A stretch of DNA of 64,000 bases from assembly GCF_018977255.1 (NCBI RefSeq), contig NW_024704742.1:86430001-86494000 (forward strand). Reading direction: 5' to 3'. Below the pieces are notes generated by a model that saw only the letters and a list, made by a program, of their open reading frames with translations, made no database searches and was not told where the DNA came from. The DNA is from Callorhinchus milii. Lineage: Eukaryota. This document shows, in pieces, positions 12,511-26,270 of the stretch. Position numbers and translations under genes: made by a program. The number at the start of each line of letters is the position of its first letter. The stretch's first letter is position 1.

Positions 12511-12768
12511 GTTTTAGCTGGTTAGACTCCAGTAATAAAAACACACACTCTGGGGTCCCCAAGCCTTGGCTCTTGCCAACCTGCACCTCATACTTTCCGT
12601 AATTAGGTAAGCAGGATGCCTCCGTCCAGATAGAGAGTGCGCATTCCATTCAAACCATCTATCTATCTTTCCATGTTTAGGTGGGATGCTTGGAATTCTC
12701 AGTTTAGTTTGGATACTCTTAAGCATGGTGATGGGTTTCTGCATGTGTCAGACACCCGGCTGCCCAAA
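12511..12768 (+). repeat. ~250-bp interspersed repeat, MITE-like, unclassified
   Basis: Homologous copies at 20765-21005 (inverted), 57858-58088 and 52801-52856 (partial). Confidence 0.75.
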
Positions 12769-13494
12769 TAAATATAAAGGCATTCTTGTTACAGCACTCA
12801 CAGCAGACACCCGAGACATTATCTTGTACATCCTTAAGTTGGTTTGGTGTTCATAAATGAACATTTTTTTTAATCACGGGAGGGCACAATGGGTTTTTTA
12901 GAGTGTTTTTTTTAAACATACTAGAGATAATTGAGATCACCCTGTTCTCAGCACTGCGTGACTAACAGTATCCTTGTGCTGCCAAAATGGCAAAGCTTTC
13001 TCTATAGTGTCGGTTGTTTTCATCACACACACACCCAAGGAACTGAGTGAGGTATTCATCCCATCATTATATGGTGGGAATACCAGTTCCAAAGCAGAAA
13101 AAAGCTCACACGCACATTTCACCATTAACAAGAGGAGTTCATCTGAGCCAATGCAATCCAAGCCAAGCTGTGTTCTAGCACGTCATTGTCAAAACTGACC
13201 AAATCAAGATAAGTTCATAATAAGTACTCCAGCAGCTCCTGTTCACTGCTGTATTATAGCCCTATTATAACACTTAAGAGATGGTATTGGGTGCACACAC
13301 TCAAATGTAAATCATCTTGCATTTGGTATAACTCCTTTTCATGGTTCGGAGGAAGTCTCAAAGCCATCTTTCACCCACAAATATACAATCAATTCACTTT
13401 ACAGTCTATTCTATGAAGTGCTTTGAGATGTCGAGAAGACTGAAAAGCGCTATATCAAATGCAAGGATTATTATTATTTTATCTTACAGAATTT

Positions 13495-13850
13495 ACTGTG
13501 AATCGGAATGACCGTGTATTTGCGGGCAAATGTGACAGCCAATTTGTGCTCAGCACAAACAACCAGAAAGTAAATGACCAATTTTATTTGGGGGATTGTT
13601 GGCCAAGACAACTCTCTTCTCTTTCTGAATTATTGCCATGGGATCTTTAACGTCCTCCTAAACAGGTGGATGGGAGCTCAGTTTAATGTCTCATCTGAAG
13701 TACGGCACCTCCAACAATGCAACACAACCCAGCATGGCAATGGTGTGTCATCTTAGATCATGTAAGTTCTGAAACATGAACACACAACTTTCTGACTCAG
13801 CGATGAGAGTGCAGAATTGTAGCCTTACTGGGCCAGCTGACACCAGGCTA
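13495..13850 (-). mobile_element. Older DeuSINE copy
   Basis: gccatgggatctttaacgtcc core and ctttctgactcag head remnant. Confidence 0.7.
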
Positions 13851-14664
13851 AAAAATAAACATTAATAGTGGCCATCCTTTTATTCTCAGCTCAGTGGTGA
13901 TGTTCTCCTCTTTCCCACAGTCAAATCACGTGACAACTCTCTGGACTCACATATGAAGAACTACCACTTGGTTGAGCTTTGGGACAGCTGCCAGTGCACA
14001 TAAACCAACCCCAGTGTGACTCACAGGCTTCGGAACAGGAAAAGAAATATTTGGCAAAAAAATTGAAAGGAAAAATATATCTGATTAATGTTGCTCACTG
14101 TGGAAAATTTATATGATGGGTGTTATCGCAACAACAATCAAACAATGAATGATGTGGCCTTCACTGGATATTTAAAACTATTCCTTGCTCTGACATGCAA
14201 TTTTATCACCTTTCTCCTATTCTCTTCTGAATTGGGGACAGAGCTGAGTACAATTACATGGGTGCTGGCAACATTCCGGTACCCTTCAAAGTGACTATTA
14301 TTCCCGTATGAACCTAAATCATTCATCTCGGCAGATTGCTCAATGGTTTTGGAGGGGAGGGAAGGGAGTTGAAGCAGTTGAGCCTGAATCTGTCCTCATC
14401 TTAGGCCTGAAATACCCATAAGTCTTAAGAAAAGCAGCATTGAGATCACAAGAGAGTTTACTTTTTCCAATCCCATTTAAAATGGTGTACATCTCTTTGA
14501 GGTTCGCTCTGAGGTGTCTTCTCTCAAGACTGAAGAGCCTTACCTTGTCTAATCGTTGCTCATAGCCCATTCTCCTAACACCGGGGATTGTTCTTGTTGC
14601 TCTCTTCTGTATTGCTTCTAGGTCTTAGACAGTCCGTTACGTCGCAGTGACCAGAACTCTATTT

Positions 14665-15282
14665 AAACCACTGAAGCCAAACTGCATACTATTCCCAGGC
14701 TATTTTGGAGGCCAAGAATAATCCCAAACTTCTGTTCTGCAAACAACACCTCCTCCACACACTCCCTCAAGCTCCATTGCTCTTCACCTCTCAAGACAAG
14801 TGCAATGAGGTCCTGGACTTGTTTGTATCTAATACAACCTCCACTTGGCTGCAGCCTCTTCCTTTCCTCTGTCCCTCAGTCTTCCCCCCATATTTCCTGT
14901 ATCCCCCCACATCTTCTGTTACTGTTCCTCCACAGCCCCCACCCTTGTCCCTCACAACCATCAGCACTTATAGGAAGCCCACCACCTGCTGCTTCGACCA
15001 ACTCCCCACCCGGCTGCTGGTCACCCAATTGCCTCTCCTCTATCCCCTGCTGGCTGACACAGGCAACCTGTCCCTCTCAACCGGCACTATCCCGCTTTCA
15101 AAGTTTGTGGTAGTTTTTTCACAAACTATCATCAAACTTGCCCTTCATCTCCAAAGTTGTGGAACATGTTGTTGCCCACCAACTTCGCTCACACACTTTT
15201 CCCTCCACTTCCTACTCAAGCACCTTCAGTCCCTTGTTTTGCCTGACCTACAGCATTGAGACAGAGCTCGTCAAAGTCACTT
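14665..15282 (+). mobile_element. Decayed internal L2 fragment
   Basis: EAKNNPKLLF, KPTTCCFDQLPT, PFISKVVEHVVAHQLR and ETELVKVT parallel the intact L2 ORF. Confidence 0.85.
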
Positions 15283-17479
15283 CCTCTCTCCCTCACTCTC
15301 TCTCTCTCTCTCTCTCAGACCAGGGGCACCCTGTGCCTCCCTTTCTCTGCCTCCTTTATCACTTTATCAATCTCAACCACCATGTTATAACGGGTTTCCA
15401 CTGTATTTCCGCACGTTATACCGGTCTCCACTGTATTTCTCCCTCACTAACCCAGGGTTCTGAGACCAAGTGAAGCACCTTTCCTGCTGGCCCTCTGGCT
15501 GAGATCAGGCAACTCAGCACAAAAGAGGCTTCCAACCTGAGACCTTCTGAGTTTTTATTATTCAGTTTCACGTTAAGCAGGAACTTATTAATTGAACCAC
15601 TGAAGGAGGCGTCAAAGGAGTGACACTTCCATTGTTGTAAAAAACCTACTTCTCTAATAATTCCTTTTTTCACATTCGTATTACGGTACCGTAAGAAGTG
15701 AGGTCTGGAAAGCAGTTAAAAAAAAGCGGCTGAGAATGCTTGCAATTAAATTTCATCTCTGGGATCACTTGGAAGTAAAGTGCAATACTCTTGTCCTCAA
15801 GCTTTGCTCTGTTGCTCATGATCTTATTTGCGGTTTATACCTGGGAGAATTTGAGCTGATCTGTGGACTGCTGCAATTTTTTGCATTGGTGGTCGCTCAG
15901 GTCTTACTATATTCTGACTAGAGTAGCTGCTGGTATTTGTCAGTGATAAGCCCCACAGCACTGTCTGGCAGGTGAGCCAATGGCTAAAGTGGTTAGTGAG
16001 GGGTGGTGAGGGAAAATCATCTGTCATCATACTCACCAAATAAAATAAAAATAATTCAAGATGCTTTTAAGAATTACTGAAAACCAGCTTCTAAATGGAG
16101 GCTAACATTCAGAATTTAGTAATTCTGTGCAATCTTAAATTTCAAGATAAAATGATCTTAAGGTTTCAGACTAGGAGGACTTGGAGTCTTTGGATGAGAC
16201 TATGTTCCCATCTGCCTGATAAGGTGGATGTTAAAGATCCCATGTCACTATTCGAAAATAGAACAGAGTTTCTCCTAGTGTCCTGACCAACAATCCCCCA
16301 AATAAAGTTGGTCATTTATTTCATGGCTGTTGGTGGGGTATTGCCAAAAGCACCTTGTGACGTCTTCCCGACATGAAAGCCGCTACACAACTGTAATTCT
16401 GAATTGTATTTTATATTGCCGCATGCAATTTGGCTGCTGAATTTGCATGCAAAAACAAGTCACTTAACAATAAATCCCGTGAAGCACTTTGGAATTTCCT
16501 GCCAACATGAAAGGCGATATACCAAATGCAAGGATAATTATTATTGTTAATATTATTATTATGTGAGTGAGACCATATGGTGAAATACAAATTTCAGACG
16601 TCAGATTTGAATAGCAGCTTAAGTAGGCCAAAGAATATGGATTATTTTAAAAAGAATTCAAAAAAGTGATCCATCATAATAATTTGTCAATGTTTATATG
16701 CTTGATGTAAGCAACTTTTCCTTGGACTGTCTAGTCATATGTTGGAGAAACCTGCACGAGTGCCAAATTCCAAATTATGCAATAAAAATTAAATCAGCAC
16801 TAAATTGTTGTGAAGACACACAATCAAACCTTAGAATAGATCTGGAGGGAATTCTTCTCAAAGAAAAAATTTATCAGAACTGCCCATTTTGAACTTGTGA
16901 CTAATTTTCAATGATCTATTTGCCTTAAAAGGATGAAATCTTATTTACTGTGCTCTTCTGTGTAAGAATGTATGTTACATCATTTTCTTCAGGAGTGAGA
17001 ATGAGAAAATGGCTCAGTCAGTCAACAAAATCTTTCTGTGCATACTCCATAACATTCGTGTCAACCAAACCCAGCCAAATTGTGAGCTGGTTGAACTTTT
17101 TTTTATTTCAGATCATGCCAGCTATTTGTTGTGCTTTTCAAAGTACTTGGCAAAGACTGCTAAAGAAAATATAAACAGATGACAGCCAATCTTGAAATAG
17201 ACCTTTGCCACTAATGCCAATTTTGTGGAGCAGTCATACGCTACAACTGGTATTACCCTTGCATTGCATGTATTTCATTTGTAAGTCTAAGTGTTCGGCT
17301 CAATCGATGGGAGCTGTAAAATCCACCACCACTAACTTGCATTTATATAGCGCCCTTCAAGTGGGTTATTATCTCAGAGCGCTTAACAATGGCAGAGTTT
17401 AACGTCGAGTCAGGTCCACCTCTAGCGCAGGAGCACAGTGTACATTCTAGCAGACTAACCACTGCCTTCACACAGAGCA

Positions 17480-17849
17480 TGGAATCCTGTAGCCAAGTTG
17501 TTAGAGCACTCGCCTTGCAAGGCTAGTGACCTGGGTTCGATTCCTGGCAGGGCGAAACATTGGGCAAGTTTCCTTACTCCACACGCCCGTTTACCTAGCA
17601 GTAAGTAGGAACCCAGTTGTTAGTCGATTGGTGGATCACTTTTCCAGGGGTAATAATCCTTAAAAAAACAAGAATAATTTGGTCACTCAATCCACGATTG
17701 TTTGTGAGACACTGCTGTGCACAATTGGCTGCTGCGTTTTGCCCACAAATATACAGTCAATTCACTTTACAGTTTATTCTGTGAAGCGCTTTGAGACGTC
17801 TAAAAGACATGAAAAGTGCTATGTCAAATGCAAGGATTATTATTATTAT
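17480..17849 (+). mobile_element. Full-length tRNA-derived SINE, long (older) subfamily
   Basis: Same head and tail plus an extra internal block gtttacctagcagtaagtaggaacccagttgttagtcgattgg. Confidence 0.88.
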
Positions 17850-18040
17850 ATGATTAGAGCAGGATCTGAACCTATCAGTTTTCCGTATGACCCAACGTAA
17901 ACCTTTATGAATCAGGCTGCACGTATAGCCATAAAACAACCAGTTCTTCACTGTCGACAATCGTATAAATTGACCCAATTACAATATCAGTCAAAAGGAA
18001 AGGAATAAACATTAAATTAGATTAACAAGCAATATAACCT

Positions 18041-18289
18041 TGTGGGATCCTGTAGCTCAGTGGTTAGAGCACTCGCCTCGCAAGCGAGAGACCTGAGTTC
18101 GATTCCCAGCAGGGTAAAACCTTGGGCAACTTTCCTTACTCTGCACGCCTGATAATAATCCCTCAAGAAAAAGAACAATAATAAAAAAATTGGCCACTCA
18201 ATCCATGACTGTTTGTGGGACACTGCTGTGCACAATTGGCTGCCGTGTTTCGCCCACAAAATATATAGTCAATTCACTTTACAGTATAT
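18041..18289 (+). mobile_element. tRNA-derived SINE, short subfamily, 3' truncated
   Basis: Same head and body as the 38468 copy, no tail. Confidence 0.85.
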
Positions 18290-18473
18290 GTGCATTTTAA
18301 ACCGCATTATTATGCCACTTGCAAGTAATGCCACATGCCTCATCTCATTTGAAAATTCAAATTGTTCTACCAGGCTTATTTTCATGACAACCTTTAAAGT
18401 GCAATACTGTGTATGGGTGGACAGAATTGGACAAGATGTGTTCACTCTGCAGAATTTCAAGACATATTGAATT

Positions 18474-18708
18474 GCGAAACCTTGGGCAAGTTTCCTTGTT
18501 CCGCACGCCTAATAATAATCCCTCCAAAAACAAAACAATAATACATTGGTCATTTTCAATCCATGACTGTTTGTGGGACACTGCTGTGTGCAATTGGCTG
18601 CCATGTTTCGCCACAAATATACAGTCAATTCACTTTACAGTATATTCTGTGAAGAGCTTTGAGACGTCTAGAAGAAGTGAAAATGCAAGGATTATTATTT
18701 ATTATTAT
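18474..18708 (+). mobile_element. tRNA-derived SINE, short subfamily, 5' truncated
   Basis: Body and (ATT) tail match the 38468 copy. Confidence 0.85.
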
Positions 18709-20764
18709 AAACCACTACGCTGAATGTTCGTTTCAACACCTAGTCTTAGCCTGCAGGATTATTGTCTTAATATACAAGATTGGGCAGAATTGAGCAAAAT
18801 TTTTAATTTAAAAGTGGAACTCTTTAAAAAGAAACAACCCACTGAATTTACAGAATTGTGGAAAATAAAATTAAGAATTAATTCTAATCAAGACTACTTA
18901 ATTAGTAATTAAAAATATTCTACATTTCTGGACAATCTTGTATTTTAAGACACAATACTCTTATAGGCTAAGACTTGGTGGATTTTCAGATCTAATATTT
19001 TCTGCTTTTCACTTAGGTAGGCAATGCCAGCTGTTTAGTGAGAAAGGAAAATTAGTCTGGTTTATACATGATAATGGACAGTGTCTACCACTTGTCTTTG
19101 ATCCTGTCTAGAATCACAAAGTCTGCAGTTCACTTTGTATCTCTGTCAAGCTAATGATAGTCTTGTTTTCCAATCAGCACTCAGCATTTCTCTACCTCCA
19201 TCAACTTGGTTCCTTGATATTTCCCGTTTACTAAAACTTTGGCAAACTTATTCCTTAAAAGTAAGCTATGAGCCAATCCTGAATAGTAACTGCTTAGGTG
19301 GAAAGACATGCTCAGCAGTATTAGATCCTGTCTGCTTGGTCAGATGAAAGCTGGATCTTATTAGTTAGGTTGCAAGTGGGAGCCAGCAATTTCCTGCTTG
19401 AGGCTGTTCCAATAGTTCAACCTTTGGCCTGATGTTCTTTACCTGATGCTTGAAAAAGCTGCTTGAACATGCCAAATGATTCTTTCAAGTGATGAGGTGA
19501 TTTCAGAACAATTCACTGTTCGATTGAATGTATCCTTCTCCCTTTATTGTTATTCTCAAATCTTAGCTTAAGATAAACACTGCAGTCAGTTGCACATAGC
19601 CAGATGCCATAAACAAACTATTGGCTCGGACAGTGGGAGAAATTATCTTTCCCTTTTGAAATGATGTCATGGGATCTTTAACGTCCACCTGAAGGTTCAT
19701 TTAAAAATATATATGTAAACAATTTTTCAGGCAGACGAGACCTTGGTTTAGCATCTCACCCAAAGAACAGCACCCGTGACAATGCTGTGGGCACTCAGTT
19801 CACTAGTCATCTAACAGCAGAAGCAAACTATGGGAAAAACACAGCTCCGTCAATTTCATAATTCATCCAATGCTGTAGCATTGTTATGTGCTAAATCAAA
19901 CAAATCAGTCAACAGTTTAAATATAGCAGCATAACATAGCATCTTCTTCCAACTCATTTACTCAGGGCACTATTTAAATGCAATGACGAGACAAAATAGA
20001 TATAATTGATGCAGTAAAACGGGCAATCATAAGCAGTCTCATAGTTACACAGTTACACAGTCTCATAAAAATTCGCTGGAGAAACTATACAACAGTTTTC
20101 GGTTCCTTCCATTCAATCTGCAGCACTGGAAAAACTCATCGGAACAAAGAATTGATTGTTTCTGAACAAAGTGTTGAAGCCCTACACTGAAACCAACACA
20201 CCAAACAAATGAGTAATACAGCAATTACAAGGGACGTGAATTAAACTTACTATTTGTACCAATTAAACTACCCAATGTTAAACCAATGTTTAGTAATTTG
20301 ACAGGTTAACTTCTGCAGTCCATTTATGGCTTAGTATCTTTGCCAGTTAAAAAAATCAAATCAAACAAGTCTTGAGTCCTTTGCTTAACGTCTATGTTCT
20401 TGAATAGGGCGGTAGTAATTTTTTTACTGTATACCCTGTGAAATGCTTTGAGATATTACATTGATGCGATAAGGTATGATATCAAAAGCAAGGATTATGA
20501 TTATTATTATATTTAAAAGAATTAACCAATGAACAGATTAGCAGAAGGATGAGCTTCGCCCAACAAACAAATCAAGTAAAGGCCTATAGGCAGGTACTTC
20601 AGTATCTGATACCTGCAGATACCTGCATATTTACTTGGCCAATTTCTGATCTGTTTACTCCTCAGATGATGCCACTCCTTTTTTAGGCTTAGATCTAACA
20701 TTGACTTCTCGTTGTGGTATTGGTTTTTTTTTGGGGGGGGGGGGGGGCGTGGGAGGGCGGTGGG

Positions 20765-21005
20765 TTCAGCCAAATGTAGACACATGCAGAAACCCATCAC
20801 CATGCTTAAAGAGTATCCAAACCAAACTGAGAATTCCATGCAACCCACCTATACAGGAAATCCCAGAGATAGATTGTTGGAATGGAATGCCCACTCTCTC
20901 CCTGGAGGGAAGCATCCTGCTTACTTAATTCCGGAAAATATTAGGCGTAGGTTGGCAAGAGCCAAGGCTTGTGTGTGTTGGGGTACTGCTGGAGGCTAAC
21001 CAGAT
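20765..21005 (-). repeat. Copy of the ~250-bp MITE-like repeat
   Basis: Reverse complement of 12511-12768, e.g. acatgcagaaacccatcaccatgcttaa..gagtatccaaac.aaactgagaattcca. Confidence 0.75.
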
Positions 21006-22811
21006 CATGGAGATCATGGAATCATATTGATTCTGGATAAGAAATTCAGCTTTAGTCTGCATGCATAATAGTTTTATGTGATATGAAGCACCACTATAGC
21101 TGAGCATTAGGATTTGTTTTATTTTATGCCCACATTCCAGCTGTGAAGTGGTACTTTTCCAGTTTGGCTAGGAAACTGTATCCTGATGTTCTGTTTGACT
21201 GTATTTCAGTTCAACTACCCAGTCTGTCTTGGTGTAATATGCGAGTTGGAATTGAATCCCCAAATTAGGTTTTACTTCCGGCCTGGCATTAGGATTTAGC
21301 AATAATTGAAACAAAGTGTAAAAAAGTTTCAACCTCTCTTACACTGGATAGGTAATAGCTTGGCCTTCTTTGAAGCCGGGTTTAAACTGTGTTATTCTAA
21401 TCTTGTATAAATCCTTAGTGAGGACACATTAGAAACATTCTGTGTGCAGACATGAAGTGTTAAGGCAATTGGTAAAACATTGATGACAGTGATTCTGTGA
21501 GCATCTCCAGCAGCTACTTCCAAAATGGAATCAACATCCTCAGTTCCAGTTTAGGTTGGGCTTTACTGCCACTGATTTTAGATAAATGTTTACCTTTTAA
21601 ACTTGAAAAGATTTTGGGTGGACCCTTGCACTGTTTGTCACATTTTTTTCATGTTAGTAAGGAGTTCCAGCATTTTAATAAGATTACAAACTTAACTGAC
21701 ATTCAGCATCAGTTAGTGGAGCTCAGTGCACACACACTTACTTAGAGTTCCCCTCAGTCTCTGGCAAGAGCTGTTTGGATCAGATAAGAATAAATCAGAT
21801 TTTCCATTGATTTAGTACTCCTGCAAATAATGTCAAGCCGTTCCAGCAGTATAAAAGGGTCAAAGAACGAACCAGATACATATCCAGTTAGGAACAAAAT
21901 GGAAGGTTATAGGTAAGAACGGGAAACAAAGGAATGCTTTATTGATGACTTTATTGCTGTTGGAATCCTGGAAATATCATGCCAAGGAAGGCGACAATTA
22001 TAAGGTAATAATGCAGTGAGATAAAGTGTGTAACATATTGTTGGTGTGCTTTCGTTTGGGCAGGGAGACATTTTGAACAACTTTTTTTCTTGGAGATTAA
22101 ATGAGTGAGTCACAACAGAACAGGTTAATGAAATTCATGGACTTGTGGAATGAATGATCTATGGAAGGAATGTGTTTGATGATCCGACTGCTTTTTGTTC
22201 TCATTTTATGCTTTCTCTTTTCATGGAGCTCAATTCTAGCATTATATGCCCACACTCCCTGCCCTCCACCCCTCCTGATCCCAACCCCCAGCTTGGGTGC
22301 ACATCCTTGACTGTCCAGGGCTTCAGGACATTCTCCCGACATGAAAGATGCAATAAAAATGTAATTTGTTGTTGCATATTCAACCCCTGTAAAAGTGAAC
22401 CTACACATATGATGGGTACAACTTGATAGCACACAGCTGCTCACAATACAGCTTTACATTTGCATTATATTAACAATGTCACTCAGACAGACAATCAGTA
22501 TGACTATACGGGAAATTTCTCACTGGCTGTTGTTCTGAGGTTGCATTGAGGAACTTGTTGGGACAAAATAATGCAAGCTATCACAGGCTTTGTAATCTGG
22601 CCCTGAGTTGGGAGATATTGAAATTGATATTCAGTGAAATATAACACCCCTCACCTTGAGCAGCCAAATTCAACCCAAAACAGAATAAACAAGTCGTAGG
22701 TTGGCAAGAGCACTTGGTAAGTTACCATTACTGACAATCCCGAAGAGGCTTTTTCTTCACCAACAAGGCAGAGCACCCAGCACTGCCTGGTCTTCATTAC
22801 CTGATGGTGCT

Positions 22812-22945
22812 TCATAATTATTCATGTTATGTCATGATTCATGTCACGATAATTATTCAAGTCATGTCATGATTCATGTCATGATAATTATTCATGTTAT
22901 GCCATGATTCATGTCATAATTATTCATGTCATGATAATCATTCAT
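22812..22945. repeat. 35-bp minisatellite (~3.5 units) rich in TCATGA/CATG
   Basis: ataattattc recurs at 22814, 22849, 22884 and 22916. Confidence 0.9.
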
Positions 22946-23090
22946 ATGGGGAGGACAAGTTTGCAAGGCTATGGGGAGAATGCGGGGGAGTGGGATTCAA
23001 TTGGATAGCTGTTTTAAAAGAGCCGGCACAGACACGATGGGCCGAATGGCCTCCTTGTGTGCTGTATAATTCTATGATTCTATGATTCTA
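22946..23090 (+). mobile_element. CR1 3' UTR fragment
   Basis: Matches 42045-42183 and has an (ATTCTATG)n tail. Related short pieces near 11095-11160 and 29590-29765. Confidence 0.85.
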
Positions 23091-23286
23091 CAATGTCACC
23101 TACATGAACCAACTGCTGTGAGATCACAAACCCAATTTCTACTCTACTGTCTAACCCCAGCAACCAGACATGGTTCTAGGATATCTTATTGGTCAACCAA
23201 TGCATCAAATGTAGAGAACGTGTTCACTTTTCAATCCATACATGCTTTTACATATAGTGATTGCCTGATGGAAAGTCTTTGTTATA

Positions 23287-23770
23287 ATAAAATAATAATA
23301 ATAATCCTTGCATTTGATATAGCACCTCATCACGTCAATGAGACATATCAAAGTCCTTCACAGAATCTACTGTAATAATAATAATCCTTGCATTTGATAT
23401 GGAGCTTTTCACATCTTCTCAATGTCTCAAAGCGCTTCACAGAATATGCTGTAAAGTGAATTGACTGTATATTTGTGGGCAAACACAGGCAGCCAATTGC
23501 GCACAGCGGTGTCCCACAAACAGTCGTGGTTTGAGTGACAAAATTATTGTTTCTGGAATGTGGATGGAAACATGACCAACTTGAGCTTTGATGTCCTCCA
23601 TAGGCAAACAGCCTGCTTACACTCACTGTCCGGGCTCACCCAAGAAGAATGACCACTTAATAATAATAATAATAATAATAATCCTTGCATTTGATATAGC
23701 GCTTTTCACATCGGGAGGACGTCCCAAAGCGCTTCACACAACACACTGTAAAGTGAATTGTCTGTATACT
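23287..23770 (-). mobile_element. Cluster of three SINE 3' fragments (~23287-23350, 23373-23550, 23659-23770)
   Basis: Each begins (AAT)n-ccttgcatttgatat on the plus strand. Further short 3' fragments occur near 6700, 8190, 10390, 11670, 13370, 24635, 25127, 43555, 54590, 60310, 60710 and 61640. Confidence 0.8.
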
Positions 23771-25809
23771 TAAACAAGATAACAGAGGGACAGCCAATGT
23801 ATGTGTGCCATACCCCTGCAAAGACTAACTACCTTCTCGAGAATAGGAGGAGCGAAGAAAAATTGACAAAAAACGTAGACCATTGCCACAGCATATTACC
23901 ATAATATTGAGCCTTTGTGTTACATTACTGACAGTAAACACAAACAGCACATACAGAGAAGTGCTCAACATTCAAACACAATGCCAGACTATAAAGTAAA
24001 ACCTAAAGCAACTAATAATAAGTCTACCTAGTTTATTATTGACAAACCTCAAACCCACATTATAAAATGTCATTACTTTATTTGTACATTACATACATCA
24101 AATAGACTGTCAGATTTTTACGCAGTGTTAGATCCCAGCACTTAACCAAGGATTCCATTCACAATTATTAGGCCTTCAGACAGCCACACTGTTTTCAAAG
24201 TGTAGTAACCATTCCTCTTAATGTGTTTGAAGTCCCTTTTCTCTCAAGTTTCTCAGCAAGTTTTGGATATGTATGGCATCACCCCAGTCTTTAGTTTTAT
24301 AATATTGAAGAGCTGCCCAGTTTGGGAATCTTTTTTTCACATGATTTAATTAAAAGCCATCCTTCTACCAAACACATGCACATATGGCTGAAAGTACCAT
24401 TGTTTTAGCCCATTTGAGAATGCAGCATGCGGTACTCATTCATCATTTATGTCAGTCTTACTCACTGGTTTTCGTTCATGCCTGTAATCCCAAACTCAAG
24501 GGTCACTACGAGGAATGCACCAGAACCCTACGCTGTGATGTGATGGAACACAGTGGCGTCCATGACTCTCCACACAGAGAGCTATCGATTTCAATCACAC
24601 CACTGTGCAAATCCATCATATCGCCAGAACCAAGTAATAATAATAATAATCCTTGCATTTCATTTAGCGCCTTATCATGCCTTCAAGATGTCTCAAAGTG
24701 CTTCATAGAATATACAGTAAAATGAATTGACTGTAAATTTTGTTTAAATGTTAAATTTTGAGGTGGAGGGAGGCCATGAATGTAAAGCCGGAGGCACAAG
24801 GAGAGAACGTTTGCTGTAAATGATCCCAGAGCTATATTATGAGCAGCACTGACCTACTAGCTAGCACCGCTAACCAACAAACACAATAGCAGTTTCTATT
24901 TTTAATTTTTCCTTTTCTATTCAGCGCTGTCCAACCCAATGGCCACTGGCCTCACTTGGTCATTTTGCTGTTCAGATGTGACCACTTTCACATTGATGAA
25001 TTAATTTGCGTTTCACATAGAAAATAGAATACAGACTGCAAAATCTCTTGCTTTGTGTGATCCGACATACAACCACAATTGTTATAATGTAGTTTAATTA
25101 TCATATATCGTGCATCCGACACATAATAATAATAATCCTTGCTTTCAATATAGCGCCTTATCATGTCATTGAGATATCTCAAAGCGCTTCACAGAATATA
25201 TTGTAAAGTGGATTGACTGTATTTTGTGGGCGAAATGCGACAGCCAATTGACACATCAATGTCCCACAAACAGTCGTGGATTGAGGGATCGCATGTTTAC
25301 CCCCGGAAAGAATCCAGCAGCAGCACATATTCTGCTTGGTCTATGTTTGTTCCTGACTGGTTAGATGCACCTATTAGACATAACAGTTTTCCCTCATGTG
25401 TTGGCAGTCAGTCACTGTTCTCAAAACCCGGTCAGTCCTGTTGTCTACCAACAAATATATTGTTAAATCAATTTGTGTCTTTCAAATGTAGCCATTTTTA
25501 TCTGCAGTGGTACACCTATGGCCAGTAATTAATTTGGGTTGATCAGCACTGTCCTATTTATCAATCCACCAGTGTCAGTCCTCTGTATCAGGATGCTTGC
25601 CATCACATTGTTCCGTGTTTATCTTTAGCATATTATAATTATTACATGCGCGATACAAATGTAATTTTGTTGTTGTTGTTGTACATACCTCACATCAGAA
25701 AGCAGAAAGCCATAGGTTGAAGTTCCATTATGTACCGAGTTACCTAATCTCAGCCGTGGAAACGGTTTGGACAACTGATCACTGCAGCGTCTTCCATTGG
25801 ATGATCCTT

Positions 25810-26270
25810 GTAATAATAATAATAATCCTGGCATTTTGTTGTAGCGCCTGATCATGTCGTCGAGATGTCTCGAAGTGTTTCATAGGAAATACTGTAAAGT
25901 GGATTCACTGTGTATTTTGTGGGCGAAGGCGGTAGCCCATTTGCACACATCAGTGTCCTACAAACAGTTTTGGAATGAATGACCAATTTAATTTGGAGGA
26001 TTTGTTGGCCAGGACACCAGAAGAAACTCCCTTCTCTTTTTGAAAAGTGTCATGGGATATTTAATGTCCACCGGAACAGGCAGACATGACCTGGGTTTAA
26101 CATCTCATTTAAAGGATGGCATCTCCGATAATGCAACCATCCACTCTCCAGCACTGCACTGGAATCTTAACTTGGACTATGTGATTCCAAGTCCCAGTGT
26201 GAGAGGTTTGAACTCACAGCCTTCTGACTTAGACGTGAAAATGCGACCATTGCACCAGGCTGAGACACAA
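25810..26270 (-). mobile_element. Older DeuSINE (SacSINE1/AmnSINE1-like), near full length
   Basis: Deu-type core (gtggacattaaatatcccatgacac...gggagtttcttctggtgtcctggccaac...tgtttgtaggacactgatgtgtgcaaatgggctaccg on the minus strand) and the same 3' tail as the younger SINEs. Confidence 0.75.

Noticed and set aside
17679..18723. Recurring short ORFs with PTNIQSIHFTVYSVKRF...KCKDYYYY
   Set aside because: These are translations of the SINE 3' half, not a peptide gene family. Most short ORFs in the track are similar repeat or chance frames.
22812..22945. Regularly spaced ~35-bp repeats superficially like a CRISPR array
   Set aside because: Head-to-tail units without unique spacers, in eukaryotic DNA with no cas genes.
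24477..24492. catgcctgtaatccca resembling an Alu/7SL 5' end
   Set aside because: Only ~16 nt and no further similarity.
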